From positions 134 through 64,133 of the forward strand of contig NZ_JAHFAQ010000001.1 of assembly GCF_023250475.1 (NCBI RefSeq): a DNA stretch of 64,000 nucleotides. Direction: 5' to 3'. This DNA comes from Sulfuricurvum sp. GTDB lineage: Bacteria; Campylobacterota; Campylobacteria; Campylobacterales; Sulfurimonadaceae. Position numbers and translations under genes: made by a program. Positions 60,087 to 64,000 of this stretch are shown piece by piece; positions within the stretch are counted from its first letter, which is position 1; each line of letters begins with the position of its first letter. The notes beneath the pieces are model-generated. The model did no database searches and was not told the DNA's origin. It saw only the letters and a program-made list of their open reading frames with translations.

Positions 60087-61112
60087 CTAACGCCAAATCC
60101 CCTCAATTGAGGTGACGCAGTAAGGGCAGTTAGTGAGATTGACAAGACGATTGGTGACAAATTGACCGATGTGGCCATGCCGATCTATGACCGGTTTATG
60201 ACAAGTCGGACAATAGGTCGATTCACGCGATTCATCATCGATATTGCCGACGTAAACGTATTTCAATCCCGCCTCTTTGCCTATTTCGTAGGCACGACGA
60301 AGGGTTGATGGCGGAGTACGGGGAGTATCTATCATCTTGTACATAGGATGAAAAGCACTGATATGCCACGGCATTGAGGGATCAAGCGATGCCTGAAACT
60401 CGGCAATGGCACGGATCTCATCTTCTGAATCGTTATATCCCGGAATAAGGAGTGTCGTCGTTTCGATCCATATCCCTTTTTTGTGGGCATACTCAATCGT
60501 ATCGAGTACCGGCTTGAGCGAAGCGCCGCAGATATCTTTGTAAAACGACTGACTGTACCCTTTGATATCGATATTCATCCCATCCAGATACGGGGCAATC
60601 GTATCGATTGCTTTATGGGTCTCATAGCCGCTGGTGACATAGATATTTTTCAATCCCGCCTCATGGGCAAGGCGGGCGGTATCATAGGTGTATTCGAAAA
60701 AAACAACCGGTTCGTTATAGGTATAAGCGATACTTTGGCATCCGTATTCAAGAGCTAGATCAACTGCCTTCTGAGGGGAAAGCGAACTCCCGATAATATC
60801 GTGATGATGCTCTTTTGGGTACTGGGAAATATCGGCATTTTGGCAAAATTTACACGAAAAATTGCAGCCGACCGTTCCGAACGAAAAGACCTGTGAGCCC
60901 GGTAAAAAATGAAACATCGGTTTTTTTTCGATCGGATCAACATTAACCGCAGCCGCAAGGCCGTAGGTGAGGAGATAAAGTTCTCCGTTTTCTACTTTAC
61001 GAATACCGCAGACTCCGTATTCACCCTCACCGAGTTTACAGTGCTGATTACATGCTTCACATGCAATCCTTCCGTCTTCAAGTTTGTGTGAGAGCCATGC
61101 AACGGAAGACAC
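60087..61112 (-). CDS. AmmeMemoRadiSam system radical SAM enzyme
   Basis: DPIEKKP.FHF.PG, GCNFSCKFCQN..ISQ, YTYNEP, PWHISAFHP.Y. Confidence 0.88.
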   Translation of the reverse strand: MSSVAWLSHKLEDGRIACEACNQHCKLGEGEYGVCGIRKVENGELYLLTYGLAAAVNVDPIEKKPMFHFLPGSQVFSFGTVGCNFSCKFCQNADISQYPKEHHHDIIGSSLSPQKAVDLALEYGCQSIAYTYNEPVVFFEYTYDTARLAHEAGLKNIYVTSGYETHKAIDTIAPYLDGMNIDIKGYSQSFYKDICGASLKPVLDTIEYAHKKGIWIETTTLLIPGYNDSEDEIRAIAEFQASLDPSMPWHISAFHPMYKMIDTPRTPPSTLRRAYEIGKEAGLKYVYVGNIDDESRESTYCPTCHKPVIDRHGHIGQFVTNRLVNLTNCPYCVTSIEGIWR

Positions 61113-61114
61113 AA

Positions 61115-61543
61115 CTATTTGACCTTAATCTGTTTTACAGATTCCCCTTTCGTCTCTTTTTTAGGGAGGGTAATTTCTAAGACACCGTCTTTATTCTCGG
61201 CATGAACATTTTCGGCATCCACGTTTGATGGGAGGGTAAAACTTCGCGTAAAGCTGCCGAAACTGCTTTCACACTGATAATAATCCTCTTTTTTAACCTC
61301 TTTTTTCTCTTTTCGCTCCCCTTTAAGGGTCAAAATACCGTTTTCGACCTTCACACTGATGTCCTCTTTTTTGACACCGGGAAGATCGACGTCAATGTGG
61401 TAAGCAAACTCCCCTTCTCTCGTGTTTACGGAGGGGGTAAAGCTTGAAAAAAGATTTTTCTTCAGATCAGGTGAAAAGGCTCCGTTTATCCGCTCTTCCA
61501 ATGTACGCAACTCTTTAAACGGATCAAATCGTGTTAACAACAT
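61115..61543 (-). CDS. Hsp20/alpha-crystallin small heat-shock protein
   Basis: P.VN.RE, DLPGV.KEDI, FGSF.RSF.LP, A...DGVLEI.LPK; start adjusted to ATG 61543. Confidence 0.92.
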   Translation of the reverse strand: MLLTRFDPFKELRTLEERINGAFSPDLKKNLFSSFTPSVNTREGEFAYHIDVDLPGVKKEDISVKVENGILTLKGERKEKKEVKKEDYYQCESSFGSFTRSFTLPSNVDAENVHAENKDGVLEITLPKKETKGESVKQIKVK

Positions 61544-61654
61544 GGTAAATCCTTTACAGCGTAATTTTACAGAGACGCAACCGCACTTTTCAGTCAATCT
61601 CTGCTTGCAATAATTTTAATACCATGCACATTAAACAATACATTAAAAAACAAA

Positions 61655-63775
61655 TTAAATTAGTATATCTCTTAAACTCAGCCCTACTTTCCCTTTGGGA
61701 ACATCCACCTCGACAACACGAATAGCTAAGAGCTGTTGATTGACACTGAGTACCTCAAGAGGATGCGAAATCCGCTTCTCGCTCATCTGGGAAATATGAA
61801 TCAATCCGTCGTTTTTGAGTCCGATATCGACAAATGCACCGAAATCGGCAATGTTTCGGACAACCCCTGAGACAATGGAACCCTCACGCAGTTCTTTAAT
61901 ATCGGTGAGATCGGAACGAAACATAATGGGAGGCAAACTCTCGCGCGGATCAAACCCCGGTTTTCGCAGCTCCGCGATGATATCGCTGAGCGTCGCTTCC
62001 CCTATCCCCAACTCCTGTGCGATAGAGGGGAGCATCTCTTTAGAAATCGAGGAGAGATCATGACGTTTTATCAACGCATTTGCCGCTTCATAACTCTCGG
62101 GATGGACACCCGTGTTATCCAACACGCTTTTCCCCTCCCGTATCCGAAAGAATCCCGCACACTGCTCGTACGCTTTCGCCCCCAGCCCTTTGACTTTGAG
62201 GAGCTCTTGTTTGGAGGTAAACGGACCGCTCTTTTCGCGATACTCCACAATCGCCTGAGCAACTTTTGCCCCTACCCCTGCGACATAGGAGAGGAGTGAG
62301 ACCGAAGCACTGTTAGGATCGACCCCGATACGGTTGACCAGATCCTCGGTGACACTGCCGAGCTTCTTCTCCAAGAGCTTTTGATCGACGTCGTGCTGAT
62401 ATTGCCCAACCCCGAGTGATTTGGGATCGATCTTCACCAGTGCCGCCATTGGATCACGCAGACGCTGGGCAATCGAAATCGCTCCCCGAATCGTTACATC
62501 AAGCTGCGGATACTCTTCTTGGGCGATTTTGGAGGCGGAGTAGACCGATGCCCCCGCTTCGGAAACGACGGTATAAGAGAGATTTAGCCCCTCTTCACGG
62601 TTTAACCTCGCAAAAAATTCCTGTGTCTCCCGTGACGCAGTGCCGTTGCCGATAGCGACGGCATTAATTCCGTAACGTTCACACAGCTGCTTTACGACTT
62701 TTGCACTCTTTTCATAGTCATTCACGGGCGGTGTCGGATAGATTACGGCGTGATCGAGATACATACCGTTTTCATCCACTACGGCAAGTTTGCACCCCGT
62801 CCGATACGCCGGATCGGCTCCCAAAATAGAACGCTTCGTGACGGGAGGAGACCCTAGAAGCTGTGAGAGGTTTTTACCGAACGTATTGATCGCCTGAAGA
62901 TCGGATTTCTCTTTGACCATCGCATGAACTTCCCGCTCCAACGAGGGGAAAAGGAGGCGTTTGAAGCCATCGAGATAACTCGCCAACAGCAGCGTCTGAG
63001 AGCTTTTGGCATGGCGCGGAATACGGTAGTTCTTAATCGTATTCTCCACCCGATCCATATCGAGGGTAATCTTGACGCTCAACTCTTTTTCACTCACTCC
63101 ACGCATGATTGCGAGATAACGATGAGAAGGGATAGCGGATATTTTCTCCGTTTTCCCTGCGAGTTTGGCGAATAATCCCTCTTCTTTGAGCCCTTTTGTC
63201 CCCTTAATCTCAAACGAAGAGTAATCGAGTATCTGACGGCGCCAGTGGTCGCGCTCACGCGGATCGTCGCTGTAGCGCTCCGCCACAATATCCTGAGCCC
63301 CCTTGATCGCTTCATCGCGTGAGACAATAGAGCCTTTGATAAACGCATCCGCACGTTTCGAGAATTCTCCCAACTCTAACTGCGCACGCTCCAGCAAATC
63401 CGCTAACGGCTCCAATCCTGCCGCTATGGCAGCACCCGCACGGGTATTTTTCTTCTCTTTAAAAGGGCGGTAGATATCTTCGACCTCTTGCAACGTTGAC
63501 GCGTTGTTCAGGCGTGAGCGAAGTTCACCGCTCAACTCAGAACGCTCCGCGATAAGACGGGAAACCTCCTCTTTACGATCCAACAGTTTTTTCGAGTAGC
63601 CATAGATATTTTCAAACTCACGCAGCTGCTCGTCGGTAGCACCCCCCGTCATCTCTTTGCGGTAGCGGGCGATAAAAGGGATCGTGGAACCCTCTTCGAG
63701 GAGCTTTAGGATATTAGTAACGGTTTTGGCAGTAAGTCCCGTCTTTTGAGAAATTAGGTCGATAAGAGGATTCAT
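61655..63775 (-). CDS. tex: Tex/YhgF transcription accessory RNA-binding protein
   Basis: TIPFIARYRKE.TG, GADPAYRTGCK, EAGASVYSAS, HPESY, C-terminal S1 domain. Confidence 0.92.
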   Translation of the reverse strand: MNPLIDLISQKTGLTAKTVTNILKLLEEGSTIPFIARYRKEMTGGATDEQLREFENIYGYSKKLLDRKEEVSRLIAERSELSGELRSRLNNASTLQEVEDIYRPFKEKKNTRAGAAIAAGLEPLADLLERAQLELGEFSKRADAFIKGSIVSRDEAIKGAQDIVAERYSDDPRERDHWRRQILDYSSFEIKGTKGLKEEGLFAKLAGKTEKISAIPSHRYLAIMRGVSEKELSVKITLDMDRVENTIKNYRIPRHAKSSQTLLLASYLDGFKRLLFPSLEREVHAMVKEKSDLQAINTFGKNLSQLLGSPPVTKRSILGADPAYRTGCKLAVVDENGMYLDHAVIYPTPPVNDYEKSAKVVKQLCERYGINAVAIGNGTASRETQEFFARLNREEGLNLSYTVVSEAGASVYSASKIAQEEYPQLDVTIRGAISIAQRLRDPMAALVKIDPKSLGVGQYQHDVDQKLLEKKLGSVTEDLVNRIGVDPNSASVSLLSYVAGVGAKVAQAIVEYREKSGPFTSKQELLKVKGLGAKAYEQCAGFFRIREGKSVLDNTGVHPESYEAANALIKRHDLSSISKEMLPSIAQELGIGEATLSDIIAELRKPGFDPRESLPPIMFRSDLTDIKELREGSIVSGVVRNIADFGAFVDIGLKNDGLIHISQMSEKRISHPLEVLSVNQQLLAIRVVEVDVPKGKVGLSLRDILI

Positions 63776-64000
63776 TGGTTTCCTGAAGATTTTGCATTTT
63801 TGGCGGCGAGTTCACGCGCTTTGTCTTTTTTGCTCTTCCCTTTTCCTTTGACCGAGTCGGGGCCTTTTACTTTGGGCGGCGGAGTTCCTGCGAGTTCAAA
63901 CCCCTCTATCTGCTCACGCGGAAGTTTGATAGAGGAGCGTTTTTCAATCAGGGCAAAATGATCGCGCTCAGCAAATCCGATAAATGAAATCGCAAGACCC
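63772..64000 (-). CDS. C-terminal fragment of a DEAD/DEAH-box RNA helicase (5' end outside window)
   Basis: Manual translation GLAISFIGFAERDHFALIEKRSSIKLPREQIEGFEL...KGKGKSKKDKARE...*; stop overlaps the tex ATG. Confidence 0.7.
   Translation of the reverse strand, partial: GLAISFIGFAERDHFALIEKRSSIKLPREQIEGFELAGTPPPKVKGPDSVKGKGKSKKDKARELAAKNAKSSGNQ

Noticed and set aside
61544-61654. HspR/HrcA operator upstream of hsp20
   Set aside because: No convincing HAIR or CIRCE inverted repeat found by eye.

Overview
Chromosomal window from a Campylobacterota bacterium; gene content suggests a Sulfuricurvum/Sulfurimonas-like chemolithoautotroph (inferred, not verified). (1) 1-~4370: right end of an AT-rich integrative element whose tyrosine integrase stops 15 nt from the 3' end of the RNase P RNA gene (rnpB, minus strand). 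Cargo: a 5'-truncated probable DUF262-family gene, a HEPN RNase, an unannotated ribbon-helix-helix microprotein and an HsdR_N-type nuclease. (2) 4.7-35 kb: mostly core genes: SCO plus GGDEF-EAL, the icd-mdh-fumC-sucCD-HMA-oorDABC (r)TCA cluster, mltG/yhdP-like, ZIP, a two-component system with an SHP/DHC/cytochrome b operon, lolE-secA-lolA, a sigma28-type EF-hand gene and a second two-component system. (3) 35.5-37.6 kb: AT-rich remnant resembling an orphan effector-immunity array. (4) trpB, nnrS with a class II Crp/Fnr box, a PAS-GGDEF protein and dinB. (5) 44.8-52.6 kb: nifE-mscS-nifN-nifX-DUF269-flavodoxin-nifW-nifZ-ferredoxin followed by rpoN. Best lead: nifE and nifN each carry a near-identical non-canonical -24/-12 motif (CTCGCAC.CTTCTTGCA, CG where GG is expected). 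The linked RpoN has an altered RpoN box (RRVIAKYR), and both nif start regions carry hairpins that would block translation mainly of read-through transcripts. Together these suggest a possible nif-dedicated, orthogonal sigma54 circuit. (6) 52.6-64 kb: methyltransferase, host-attachment protein, arfB, zinc-less DksA-like, DUF2603, pcm, P-type ATPase, MCP, AmmeMemoRadiSam radical SAM, hsp20, tex and a partial DEAD-box helicase. No tRNA, rRNA or CRISPR array was seen.
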